DNA of 64,000 bases from positions 1-64,000 of the forward strand of contig JAKMXF010000340.1 of the NCBI GenBank assembly GCA_024704765.1, written 5' to 3'. The position numbers and the translations under genes were made by a program. Shown one piece after another: positions 11,908-25,400 of the stretch. Position 1 is the first letter of the stretch, and every line of letters begins with the position of its first letter. The notes below the pieces were generated by a model. The model was given only the letters and a program-made list of their open reading frames with translations, had not been told where the DNA came from and did no database searches. This DNA is from Oopsacas minuta (lineage: Eukaryota > Animalia > Porifera).

Positions 11908-14900
11908 TTAGGTAAGGAGTTTGCCTAAGTCAAAACCTATAGTCTGGCAACACGTAATTTGATTTAATTAACTAACCTATAAAATGATTGAATGCGGAAT
12001 CACTCAACACAACCTCATTCACACAAGTACTAGCTCTAACTCTACGTCCGAACAAGAAAGCAAATCCAGAATGTAACTCAGTTCGATATATGATATCAAG
12101 TTTTGATCTTTGTACAGTTAAACAGCCTTGTTGTTGTGTGAATGTGAATAGGATATGAGCTAGTAGGAATGCTGGTAGGAGAATAGCGAATACAAATCCG
12201 AAGCATAACAGGAATAGTAGCAGAACCTATTCGAGATTGTATATATTTATATGTGCATCTAGGCAACCTCCTAATATCAAGTTTTATCAGTGACTGATAT
12301 TAGCGGGTATTTCTAATCTCTATGATAATATGCACGATATTTATTTAGAAATACAAGCTTATAGCACAAATAATCCTAAATAATTGCTTACCCAATTAGT
12401 ATTTGTAAATACAAACTCATTTTCATAATTAGATATCCCAGACTGTATTAACAGAGCAATAGAAGATACAAACAGTCTATTCGTACCAGTATACATATCA
12501 TTAAAGTAATTCTGCTGTGGTATACAAGTACTAGCATTAGCTACACCCTGTATAGCGTCCTGTTGTATCAATAAATGTCCTGATAGAACAAAAGCAAGTA
12601 CACAGATTGATAAAAGAACCAAGAAGGGAGGCAGAGACTATAAATAGAAGAAACATGTATAAAATCAAGCTTTCAAAATATCGACAAAGGAAAAATGCTC
12701 GATATTGATAGATATCGAGATATATTGGCGAATTTTCCTATATTTTCGATCTTATAAAATCATACTAAACTATAAGTATCAGTCAATAGAAATATTACCT
12801 GGAAAGTTGCTCTTAGAATCCGTAACAAATAGCTATAGAAGCAAGGAAATATTTTAGAATACTCTGCTAGTAACAGATAAAAGAACAATAGAGATAGAGC
12901 AGCAAACGTCCATTGAGAACTAGATATTCCTAATCTCATCATGAAGAATAAGAACATGAAAATGAGAGAGAAGAATGATAAGAATCTGAATATATTTGAG
13001 AAGTATGATATTATAGCACAGAACAGACCGCGAGTAAATGCGTTAAGTTTATACCAGCAAACAAATCGCATATGTCTGTTACCTATAAATATTGTACTAT
13101 AAATCAGAAACATGTAAGAACCCTATATTACTATACAAGGAATTGTATAAGAACCCTATATTACTATATAAGGAATTGTATAAGTGCACTGAATGACCAT
13201 ATATGGAATTATATAAGAGCCCTATATTGAGATATAAGGAAATATGGACATCAAAATTCTTATAACTCACGTTTCGTGGCTCTGTGTGTAAACTTCACAA
13301 TTCTATACGCATTAGTAGTCTCAACAAGATATGTAGCAGTAGAAGGACTGCACTTATTAGATGGGGTATATCTTCCACGTAGAGGGTCCCACTCAATCAA
13401 GAAATTCAGCACCTCATACGCGATATAAACAACAAAATAAATACCAATTATAATCTCTGAGATAAGCCGGAATGGATCATTAGCGTAATTGAACAGATCT
13501 GCATCACAGTAGTAGCTAGCTCTGTGTAGAGCTAGAGTATAGAATATCAGGAATATTATATACACAATAGATCCTAATACGAATAGACCTCTGTAATATG
13601 GTAGTTTATATGATACAGCAGCGGCTACTGTAGGATGATACACAATGTCTTGATCCGGACATGTAGCTATCTTGTGTAGGAGAGATAGATCAGATTCCTG
13701 ATAGTCGGGATTTGTAGGTAGAAGGCCAGTAGAATCTGAATCCAAATATGAAGTTTGGAGTATTACTATAATAGAAATACAACTGTAAAACGTTGTATAG
13801 ATGAAAATATAACAAACAAGGGAAATATCGATTAGATATTTAGAGAATAGGAAAATTTTGAAAATTTCGGAAAAGAATATCCAACTTCCAAACTTTCGAT
13901 ATTTTTTCGTGTCAGATATACTTTGTAACAAACCTTTATCCTGATTACACTTCAGCATAGTATCCATTGCGGTTTTTAACGAACCAAACAATTGCTTGTC
14001 TAACATAGAATGTAACAGAGCTTTATTATCCTGGAAGTATTCAGGATCTCTCAAATGTTTGAGCAGCAAATTTAACATTTCCTCACTCTTCTGATCAAGA
14101 GTTAGCTCAAATACAGATTTCTGTAATGTAACCGGAAAAGTCTTAGCAGATTCTTTGGTAGAGAAAATAGTAGCTTTTCTTTCAAATAATTGAAAATGTA
14201 TAGCAGTTTGAGAGCAAGATTTAGTCAATCTTCTCAGTAAATAGCTCAAAGAACCAATAGAATTATAAGTCACTACTTTGTGTAATAGTGATCCAGTCTG
14301 TCTACCGGATTGTAGTATATCTTGATTTGAGGTTAGTAGCTGAGATAGCAATTTGTTTCTATCCAATCTTACAGCCAAATCGACTACAAATAAATATTCA
14401 ATTAATTAATAGTAAATACACAAAACTTATGGATGATACTCAAAGCTTAGCACATCTGCAATACATTCATCTGATATATAAGAATGTCTAGCCGACAGAC
14501 TGGGAGTTCATGGACAGAAACTACAATTATTTATACTAAGTGCTATATAATACCTAGAGAATCAGTATTATCAGCTTTACTATGAGCTAGCAGTAGAGCT
14601 AATAGCTTATCATTATCTTTCTCTATCACCAAATGTAGTAAACTATTGACTGTTGATTTATCTACAAATAGAAACAACATAATTACACACAGTTCGATAT
14701 AACGGGAGTTGAATGTAATGTTGTTTATACCTTTACTATGTGGAATAGGAATACTAGCATCAGCTCCTGACGTCAGTAACAGCTCAGTAACAGAGTAATG
14801 TCCACCATTAACAGAATAGAATAATGGAGTATATCCTGAGCTATTGAGCTGGTTAGCATCCATTCCTTGTTCCGTTAAGAAGAAGTTAACCATCTGATCA

Positions 14901-17695
14901 TCTCCTCCAGAACAAGAAGCATGAAGTGCTCCTAACAGAATCATCAGTTAATATATATATACTAGAGCGTGCTCGATAATTTTCGTTATGTCCTCACCTA
15001 TCCTATTAGCAGCAGTTAATTCTTCTCCATTAACTCTAGCATTGTACTGTAGTAATAACTTAACGCATTCTATGTGTCCGTTCTGTGCTGCCATCTCTAT
15101 AGCAGTACCTGTACATTCTGATTCACTAGCTGAGTTCTTTAGGATCTGATAAGTATTGTTATGTGTTAATTAATGCGGTTAATGAGTATATTGTATTTCA
15201 TAATACAAATGTACATATGCATTATTACTGTATTAGGGTCGATTACTTTACTATTAATTACGATTATGACAATTACAACGATTACTTATGAGGGATAAAA
15301 CGAGTTTTTACTTCTAAATACAACTTAGAAATTACATTAGTTAATAAGCTATTAACTCACAATTTCAGGGTCAGCATTTTTCTCTAATAACATAGCAGTA
15401 ATCTCCTTATTACCAGCTCTACAAGCCTGCATTAGTGGTGTATGTCCTAGACTATTAGCTGTGTTTGGTAATGCTCTTTCCTCCAATAGGATATCTATTA
15501 TAATAATTATTACATGAAATCAATGTAAATATAACTACTTTAACTTGGATAACAAAAGATATCCAAGGAGTCTTGGAAAGCATGTAGTTACACAATTCAA
15601 ACTTATAAATAAGCGAGGAAGTTGACTATATCTCAAATTTTTACTGACCTGTCAACAAAAAATTGTTGTTATTTACAGATACATGCAGTAGAGTAGATTG
15701 GTGTGTGTATTCAGTAGAATTCAGCTCATAATAAGGTAATAATAGTTTAATCATCTCAACAGAGTGTGATAGAGTTATCGGCATTGCTCCTGTAGGGCTC
15801 TGGTTAGTAATAGCATCTTTCAATCCGACTATAGAATATAAAGAAAACTAAGATCACAATCTGTGCAGACTGCAAGTATATGAATTAGGGACTTTATAAT
15901 GTAGAATAAGAACATATAGTGCAAATCTAATGAAGTTCAATAAATAAACTATGCTGTCCGCACAGCTTGGAATTTTCGAGTTTTCCAGGTCATTTGCCTA
16001 AAAGCTATGAAAATGATTCTTTAATCTATTATAGTTTCGGCTATCACCGTCTACGGATAAAAATGATTTCAATATTTTGGTCGGTACAGTTTACACTCTA
16101 TAAAGTACTCTGAATTAATACAAATATTCATTTGTGTTACGACTAACTTTTGCTCTCCTGCAGAGGCTCGGTGTCAAGAAATGCACCTATAAGTGCTCGA
16201 ATAGTATCTACATCGTCCATACGACAAGTCAGATGAAACACAGTCTCTCCCTCTATATTAACGAGACTGTAGTTACATAATCCAGTACGTAACAGTAGAT
16301 TAACTCCCTCTCTATTCTGATTTTGTATAGACAAAGCTAATGCTGTCGTGTTAGTGTTATCTCTAGCGTTTATGAGCGTTATAGCTGTGGCATTGTCTGT
16401 ACTGACTATAGAGTCAACTATTACCTGAATATGGTGAGTTATCATTAGCAGAATATTGAATGAGAAAGAAATGCAAACAATCATGCAATTGGTAAATATA
16501 TTCTACAACCATGTACAGGTTGCTAGATAATGTGCATACAAAGTTCATCCAGCAATGTCATACTCAAGTCATGCAATGAATCAAAGTTATGTCATTTATT
16601 GTTAAAAGTCCATGCTATAAGTCCGAAGTTAATGAACTTACTTCCATACTCTCAGTTTTACAAGCAATAGCTGCAGAATGCAGCATAGTAGAACCATTCT
16701 TATCTCTCTGCATCAAATCAGCATATCTAATAATCTTCCTTGCAATCAAATGCTGTAGTATTTGAGGGGAAGCTTGTGTAGCTGCTAAATGGTATAAACA
16801 GCCTCCCTCTGACGTCAGTCCTCTCTGTAGAGGTGTGAATATAGATTGAGAGAGACAAGCTTCTAGCAAGACTGTATCAGTTGATTGTAAGCTCTTTATT
16901 ATTATTTCAAATCTGTAATACAAAGTTATTATCACTTATATAGAAATGAACCGCCAATGGACATATACATCCCAAGTTGTGAACAGCTGACTTAGAGAAT
17001 ACATGTTTCGTTTATTATTGTTTATCTACATAACTTACTTTTCATTTTTGCTAATGTTATTCTTATCAATAATAACCAATGCTTTCTTCTGCACAAACTT
17101 CTTCTCAGCATCCTGTACAGGTTTCCATACTTGCCATTGTTCGTATAACCCAGCAGCTTCTGTAGCTAAATACAGATCACCTTCTATCAGGTCAAATCCT
17201 GCTAGTTCTTCTTCACTGAGCTTCAGGCCTGATACCTGAAGTAATGATATGATAAGGAGGGAGTAATTATAGAAAAGTATAGTTAATAGCAGGAAATACA
17301 AGGTTTATGTATTAAAATTACAATTGCCATCAACTGTAATCATTTACACATTTTGCTGTAATCAAATTATTATATGAGAGTGTAGGTTCTAGTAATTATA
17401 ATCGTCTTTGCAATTCCTTCAAAAATACATATATTTTGTAATTGTAATCACCTGAAAGTAATCGTGTAGTGGCTTATAAGGCAACATATCCTATTAGCTA
17501 TTATTCCATTACCTTAACTAGCTGAATGCCTTTAATAGCAGTCGTCTTATCCTTCACAGCAGCTACGTCATTAGCAGTAGCCTCTATAGGAGGAGGAGGG
17601 AATGATACAGGTATTTGTTCTACTGTGATATCTGATATCTCTGGAGGAGGAGGGAGATCTTGATCGGTAGGGGGGATATGTATGTAATCAGCCAT
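11908..17695 (-). CDS. TRPA-like ankyrin-repeat 6TM cation channel, multi-exon
   Basis: About a dozen ankyrin-like repeats across exons 16935-14543 (e.g. GYTPLFYSVNGGHYSVTELLLTSGADA). Pre-S1 IVYHPTVAAAVSYKL resembles TRPA LLxHPLVxxYLxxKW. Hydrophobic S1-S6 segments in exons 13620-12100. Both termini are approximate. Confidence 0.75.
13110..13230. repeat. Intronic minisatellite, ~35-bp unit (TAAGAACCCTATATTACTATAYAAGGAATTGTA), 2 good copies and 1 degenerate copy
   Basis: Direct repeats visible at ~13116, ~13150 and ~13213. Confidence 0.75.
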
Positions 17696-18601
17696 TCAGC
17701 AAACTATATGGAATATTTGTATTATAAACGGTTGCTATACAGCGGAAGTTATGGCAAATTTTTATGCATTATAAATTCATAATTATATGTTTTGTGAAGT
17801 TTCAGCGAACTAATAAATATATTTTCATTTTCAATTTCACTTCTATCAATACAATTATTACGGTCCATTGAGCTTTAATGATAACGAAAGTTAACAGTTC
17901 GTATTTCATATTTAACTTTAAAAATACATTCTTTCTTCATACCTAGCATAATTCTCGGTATAGTATTGGATATTATGGGAATGCGTTACGACTGCAGCAA
18001 ATGTATAATAAAGTCTAAATAATACAGTTTAATTAATAAATTCTATAAATATAGAAACTAAACCATTAGTTAGATTATCATTTAGATAACAAAGCTTAAT
18101 ATTAAAATAATTATACATTCTATCTTCCTATATACTCAAAGAATGAAGTAAGAGGAGGTGCTGTCATTCAATAGTTTAGAACACGAGAAGGTATTTGTGT
18201 AAAGAAAGTAATAACTGGGATGTACTAGTGTAATATGATTAGGATATAGCTTAATATTATGATAGATATGCAGTTTGTATTTAATTGCAAATAGAAAGTT
18301 TGATAATTCATTTTGAGGATAAAGTCATTTGGCTGCAGGAATTCAAAGCAGAAAATAAAGCATATGCTGGTTATAAGAAAAGCCTTGCGAGTAGCAATAC
18401 ATGGTCTCATACCCGGTATAAATATATAGGAGTATATGAGAATTGATTGGTATTACTCCAAATAAAGCGAACGAAATATGACAATCAGTTGACATTATTA
18501 GAAATTTCTAAATAAAAGGTGTTTTGTTTAATATATGTAAAACAAACAACAAAGAAATTAATAACAAAAAATATTCAAATATTCAAACAAAAAACGATTA
18601 A

Positions 18602-20513
18602 TCATATCTTCGAGTAAGTGACTAAAAATACAATAATCGCGAAAAAAGTCGCGAGAAAGAATAAAGAAATAAAACTTGATCTGACAGTAACATTAAACAA
18701 TCGTACTTTATACGTAATAGAATTTGCATACAAGAAAAACTGATTAATCTGTTCATTCGTAGAATCTTTATAGCGAAACAAATACACACCAAAAGTCATA
18801 TTTTTCAATTTCGTGAATTCCGTTTGTACTCTCGCGGCCATTATCAGGGGAATTGCAAGTGCGGTTATCCATAATACACAATCAAAAACTAAATAAACAA
18901 TCTGTAGCGGATGTTCAACCTCCTCAACATGCCTAAACAACCTCACAACCTCAACCCCGTCAATAAACAAATAAATAATAATTGAAATAAGACATAAACT
19001 GACAGAATTCGCAGCTTCCCTATTCAACCGACCTAAATACGTTTTACACATGTACATATCCCGCATAGCAAATGATAACGAAGTAGATTTCTCCTGCAGA
19101 CCCTGTTTAATCCCGCGAGCTAACGAGATAATCAGCACACATTGCGTAGTGTAATGTAGAATCAAAATAATGAACACAAGCCCTGTAGCAACCTTCAATA
19201 CAACTGCTCCACTAATATTAAGGACTAACGTCAGAATATTGATTGTACTGGAGTGATCTATCTCACAATGCACGTATAATACAATGTAAATAACCTGCTC
19301 GATACATATCAACAACTGCCATATAATACACAGTAACCCTATCAGCAATAGGCTATATAGGATATTCCTATTTAACACTAGCACATGTTGACACCTGGCT
19401 GCCAATACAAACGCCATTTCCATTAAAGAATCTATATTCTCATTGGAATTAAATCTGAATGAATACAGTGCGTAGAGATACGCAAGAAGATGCAAGAAGT
19501 ACGGGATGAAGAATAAGGATAACATATGTTGGCAGTGGAACGGCTGAGTAATGTTTGTATCATTAGTCACTTCATTAATGTATTCGGGTGAATTCCCGCC
19601 CGCACCATTCTTACACGCGTACACAGACGCGATGTATAGCATGATCAAGAAAGATATTATGAACATTGGGTAGAGGATATTGATTAGTTTTTGTAAAATA
19701 TTCTGCTTAACACTCTGTGAGAAAAGTCTCTTCCATCCAACCAAGCATAGAGTTATGAGGTATGGTCGTAGAACTGTTTTTCTAACCAAAAAAGGAAAAT
19801 ATAAACACATTGAGATATTACAAGAAATCTCTATATTCACCTTACCTACAATAATCCAATGCTTTCACTGTTGCAGTTTCAAACCTCCCGCTATGAGATT
19901 CGTTATCAGGTATCTCTACATGTACAGGTCCTTCTGAATACCTGCTGGTGTCCGAGTTACTACTGTACCTAATTGGAATGTTCAAAATAAAGTACATCTG
20001 ATTTAAGTGACACTATTGGAGGCACAATACAATGTAAAATATAAACACAATATACATAGTGCCTTAAATTTAGAATTTGTTGTATAATCTCGATTTTGCT
20101 GTCGGCACCAGTTGCAAAAATTTGTTATATTTAGCTATCAATTATTTACCATGAGAATCCATTATGTCTATCAAGTATCTTACTACGCTCAGTTAACTGT
20201 GCTGACATGAATCTAGTGAGATGCTCCTCTCTATCTGAGAAAATAGCTTTAGGACATCGATCTGTATCGGCTAGGGTAGTAGAGGATTCAGGAGGAGAGA
20301 AAGAAGGTCTAGATGTCTATTAAAATAACTTAGTAATATAAAGCAATTCTCTGAGATCATATTTATACAATAACTGACTTCGATATAACAAGAGTTTACT
20401 ATACTTACTTTATTGGAGACAGAATGACTCCTTTCCCTCTTCCTTGGAGTATTAGAAAACTTCATTTCATTATTGTTATTTTCCGGTGGAATTGTTTGAG
20501 ATCTTTTATGCAT
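18602..20513 (-). CDS. Gustatory-receptor-like 7TM ion-channel family (GRL/7TMIC) candidate, GrlHz-like; 4 exons
   Basis: Three short 5' exons splice into ...LDYCR|KTVLRPYLITLCLVGW.... Seven hydrophobic segments follow, with a long TM4-TM5 loop and a GR-like C-terminus (QINQFFLYANSITYKVRLFNVTVRSSFISLFFLATFFAIIVFL). Confidence 0.6.
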
Positions 20514-21175
20514 TTTTTAAATGTTTAAAGCTAATATGAATCGAAAATCTATTAAATATAAAAGCAGTTTCTGCCTAATCGGCTTAGCAAACCATTAAAG
20601 TGTCGAGAAACAGTTGGATAATATAAATCGCCAGATTCTCAAAAGAATTCTATTAATCAATAAAGTGTAATGAAAACAGAGTATATTCCAGAAATATAAT
20701 ACAAATCATGCTTGCTATGTTATTTATATTCTTATTAATGTATTAATTCAGAATTTATTAATATTCAAATTGCATTTGTTTCTACAAATTAGTATTAATA
20801 AAGCCTTATACACATCTATGCATTGCATACGGTAGAATTGTGTAATACGTAATACTCCAAATGCAATTGCATTTGCAATGAATTTAATGAAAGTTAACTT
20901 GAATGCTGATGTCCAGTTCATGCGAAAGATTAATCTCAAAGTTAGTAGTTTTGCCAAGTTCTTGCGATAAGTGAAAGTTACTGCTAAAGCCAATATTTGA
21001 TCTTAGATCTATTGCTGGCAATTCTGGTTATACTCTATAGAATATTTCCAGGATATAGTATTCTACTATCATTGCATTTATCTACCAAGATATCGCAATA
21101 CATTTCCCACAAACAAACTCAAACAATTAATACATAACATATCCTCTACTGAAATCTCTAATGACTAACACAAAC

Positions 21176-22251
21176 TCAATCTACTTCCATTTTATGCTCT
21201 GTAACACTGACAACATCGAACTTAATCTCCCTAACTTTAGTCTCTAGTACAGCAGTAGTCCCTTGCTTATAACTGTAATCTCCCTGTCTAACGCCTTTTG
21301 AACAAGCCTCCTTATACGGACGTATATAGTCTACTCCTCGGCTAGTTATAACACATAGATCTACGTTAGATCCTGAACCCAGATCGTTAAATATACCAGC
21401 TTGTATAGCCTCGCTGACCAATTCCTTAGCTGCCTCCATTGACATACCTGTAGTGAGATGTATAGATAAGGGAATTGATCATAATATCATATTTAACGTC
21501 ATCATGCATCTTTATGTGTGCTATCTACATATCTATATTCATCGCAGTTAACAAGTATAACTCACCAGGTTTGTACTGAGTCTCAAATGTAGCCATAGCA
21601 GCTAGACTACCACTTCCCATACTAACATAGGGTAGCTTATCAGTAGATCCAGCAGCATGTACTGTATACAGATGAGCTCCTGTACAATCAACACCCCCCA
21701 GTACTAAATAAGCACCAATATATCCACCATAACGGGATAGCATCTGCTTAAGCATTCGTAATGCAGTTTGTACTCTAGCTTGCCTGCCTGTGTTGAGTGA
21801 GTGTAGGCGTATTTTACTGGATATTAAGTCTGTAGTCTTCTCAGTGTCAGCAGCAGTACCTATTGTGTCATATATAATATAATTGTCAAGGGTGATCAGG
21901 CAGAAAATGGATAAGGAGATGGACAACAGGAATGTGTCATAAATCCATAAACTAACCAGCTCCGCAGCAATACATATTATCAGCGAGATAATGTATCTTC
22001 TCACAATTCTTATCAGCTACAACCTCTCCCTCAGTAGCACGTGTATCAGCTCCCAATACAACCCCACCATCAAATACTATACCAGCAATAGTAGTACCAG
22101 TTTTAACTGCAATCGGAGCTTTGAAGCCTTTGCTTATCAAATATTGATTACGGAGACATAAGTCGAACTGGAAACCTGGGTAAGGAAGGTCAACTGAGAT
22201 CGGTTGTTGAGCTCTATCAGAGCTGGATTGTTGTTCACGAATAGCAAGCAT
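21176..22251 (-). CDS. PSMB7: Proteasome subunit beta type-7 (beta2), multi-exon
   Basis: KTG|[23 protein letters not shown] with the catalytic N-terminal Thr, plus [12 protein letters not shown] and [17 protein letters not shown]. Confidence 0.97.
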
Positions 22252-22448
22252 TCAATAGGCTTAATTGCAAAACAAAATAAGATGATATCTCTACAAACGG
22301 AAGCTGTGCAAACGGAGTAAAAATAATAAAGCGAATTAGAAGTTTAATACCATATGAATAACATATTATATTATACTCTGATATAATACAAACAACAACA
22401 ATAGATTGATGTATACATGTATAATGAACAATAACAACCATATATAAT

Positions 22449-25400
22449 TCATTTGCTAACTGTTGATTTCTTCTGCTTTTTGAAAATAGAATATTGAGAT
22501 TGTTCAGTGAGATTTGTAATTTGTAATTTTAGATCATTTATTTGGCAGTTTGATTCACAAAGTTCCAATTTAGTCTTAGCTAATTCCATTTCTACTTCCT
22601 GTAGTCTGTCAGCATCATTTACTATGTTCTGTTCTAAATCAGAGTCTGTAGAGTTATGTGTAGTTGTCTTAGCTAATTGGGCTTTTAACTGTAGAGAAAT
22701 ATGATAAATTAAAATCACAGGTTGCCCACTGCGGCAGTTTTGGGAGAAGCGGTTGTGTCATATCTCAAATATTTACTGGTAAATCAGTAATTAACAAACC
22801 TCAATAACTTGATTCTTAAGATCCATAATCTGTGCCTGATGACTCTCATCCATTCTAGCTAGAATATCCTTATACTCAGCTAGTGTATGTTCAGACTGTT
22901 GCTTATCAGCTTCATAGCGATGTATCCATGTAGCTAGATGACTTTCTCTCTCTTGAAGGTCCGTTACCGTTGATGATAATTCTGTCCGTAATTCTCTGAT
23001 TGTAACATGACATTGTCTAGAAAAGTGGAAAAGAATAGAGAAAAAGTTCAATAATGATATTTAAGGAACAAGTAGTACAATATTATATATCTCTACATTA
23101 CCAGTACACAGATTTATATAATAGACATTACCCTATATCCTTGCTTTTCTTATCAAGTTTATCCTCCAACAAATCCATCTCATCTCTCAATTTAACTTTA
23201 GAATCAACCAATTCTTTAGCTAATTTATCATTCTCCTGGTGTAACCAACCATTCTCCTCTCTCAGCTGTCTAGACTGTCTCTCTAGCTTTTGTGTAGGAT
23301 CTTCTACAGTGTCTTTCTCTAGATTAACTGCTGAATAGTCTCTTTCGTATTTCTTTAGCTTTTTAAGCGAAATCTGGAGAGTATACACATTCAAATACAG
23401 TATACTCCACTGGTTAACATAGCCAGCACTGTTTATAGCGGCCATTATATATAGATGTGAGCTACCATCTTTGACAAGTCCCTTGAATGGCAGTCATTTG
23501 TTGATTCCACAGCAGGGCTGGACCCACCGTGGGTGTTCTGGGCGTACGGACACCCACTACCGAGAAGTACTCTTACGTTACAGTCTATGTGATCAGAATT
23601 ATTGTCTATGATGACCGATACCAAACAGCTCAAATAGTCACATCCAATATATATATATAATGAACACTACTAATATATAACGGCCATTTTGGACAGTCCA
23701 TCAGTAGTCGTTATAGCAAGTCTGACTTTACATATAAAACTTACCCTCATGGAGTTAGTAGCCAAATCCACCAAATGTTGACACGCAGCATTATCAAGAT
23801 ATTTAATAGGCAAGGTAGCTCTGAAAAACTGTAGAATTGATTCAAAACCGAGAGAGAGTAATTCGCGCTGTGAGTCTTTGAGAAGAGCCAAAGCAAAACT
23901 GAACATAGTTTGATCTAAATAAACAAATGTAGAACTGATATGCAGTCAATTTCTATGATATACTGAACTCCGATTACTTTGAGCTTCGAAATAGCGGAAT
24001 TCTATTAAACACAACTCAACTGACCTAATCCTTCAGCTAAGAATATATCAAACACTCTATAAGCTAAATTCAGTGGGAATTTGGCAGCAAATACAGTAAG
24101 GAACCATTGACTAGCATACATATGTGTTTCAAGACCAATATCCTTAAAGTGTTGTGATATTCCAGGTAAGTATTCTTCTATAGCACAGTCTAATTGGTAG
24201 AATTTCATTTGTAGTATCTATAATAATAGAATAGATTCAATCAAACAAAATAACGAAAAAGCCAATCTCGATAATTCGAATATATTTGAGACTTTCGTAA
24301 ACTACTCACCTGTAGCCCTGGTTTAAAGACTTCTCTCAGCTCGTATTCACACATAATCTTAACTAACACAGCAAAAGATTGCTCTTCAGGGAAATGTAAT
24401 AACAGTACAGCCATAATGAATGAGAATCCTTGACAGTATCCAATCTCTTTATCGTATAGAGAGTATGCTGTTGATAAGTTGAGTAGTAGCTTGTGATTAG
24501 TCTTGTCTCTGTTAACAATAATCAAGTCAAAAATTACATCCGTGCCGACAGCATAGCAATTGAAAATACATCAACCATGTGACGTCATAATATCATAAGA
24601 TACCTGAAAAACTCGTGAGCAGTGAATGTCCTCTTGATATCCCATTCTATTACGGGATCAATATTACCTTCATGTTGTACCATGAGTAGTCTGTATATCT
24701 CTGACAGCTCTTTGTCATCTAATACTTGTGTTAACATCTGCCATACAAGAACTCTATACTTCTCAGGAATACCTAAAGTAGGTCTAATATTAAGAGCTGA
24801 ATTTTGAGGAAAATGGTGTCCAAAATATGATTATTAGCTATTCAACCATGGATGGCATAGTTAAACTCGTTTTCACCAATGAAATTCCAATAACAAGGTT
24901 AAACATTCTGTGGAAACTACAATGCAATTTTGACAAGGTGCATAAACTAAATCCAGCATCCATGGTTAAAATCGAATAAGCACTGTTATAAGGCTGAAAT
25001 GTATGAGTATTCTACATACGAAAAGGCTTAGCTCATACCTTTCCTAACTAGCTTAATAAGTTGTTTAGGTCTCTCCTTTTCTTTCCAATTCCAACGATCT
25101 AACAGTACTCTCCAATCATCCAATACTTCATCTGATATCTCTGTGCAAACCTGTGTAAATGATACAGTAAACATAGTTATTAGAGGCCATGGATAATATA
25201 CAAAAGGATCTTTCTATATTACTTTAATAAGCGAATTCGGATCAAGGATAAGAAGTATTATGACCTTAGAAATATAGTGCAAGGCTTGAGATCACCGACC
25301 TTATTCTACTGGACCATGGATTAGTACTTTAAATTATTTATGAAACATTATTATTTCAATTAATTCATGGTTCAAATTAATGATCAAGCCTTATAATTCG

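Noticed and set aside
14288-14491. Plus-strand 67-aa ORF, and similarly 17003-17239 and 19680-19937
   Set aside because: They overlap well-supported minus-strand genes in antisense and have no recognisable motifs.
20748-20993. 81-aa minus-strand ORF between PSMB7 and the GRL-like gene
   Set aside because: Non-ATG start, no motif; likely UTR or promoter sequence.
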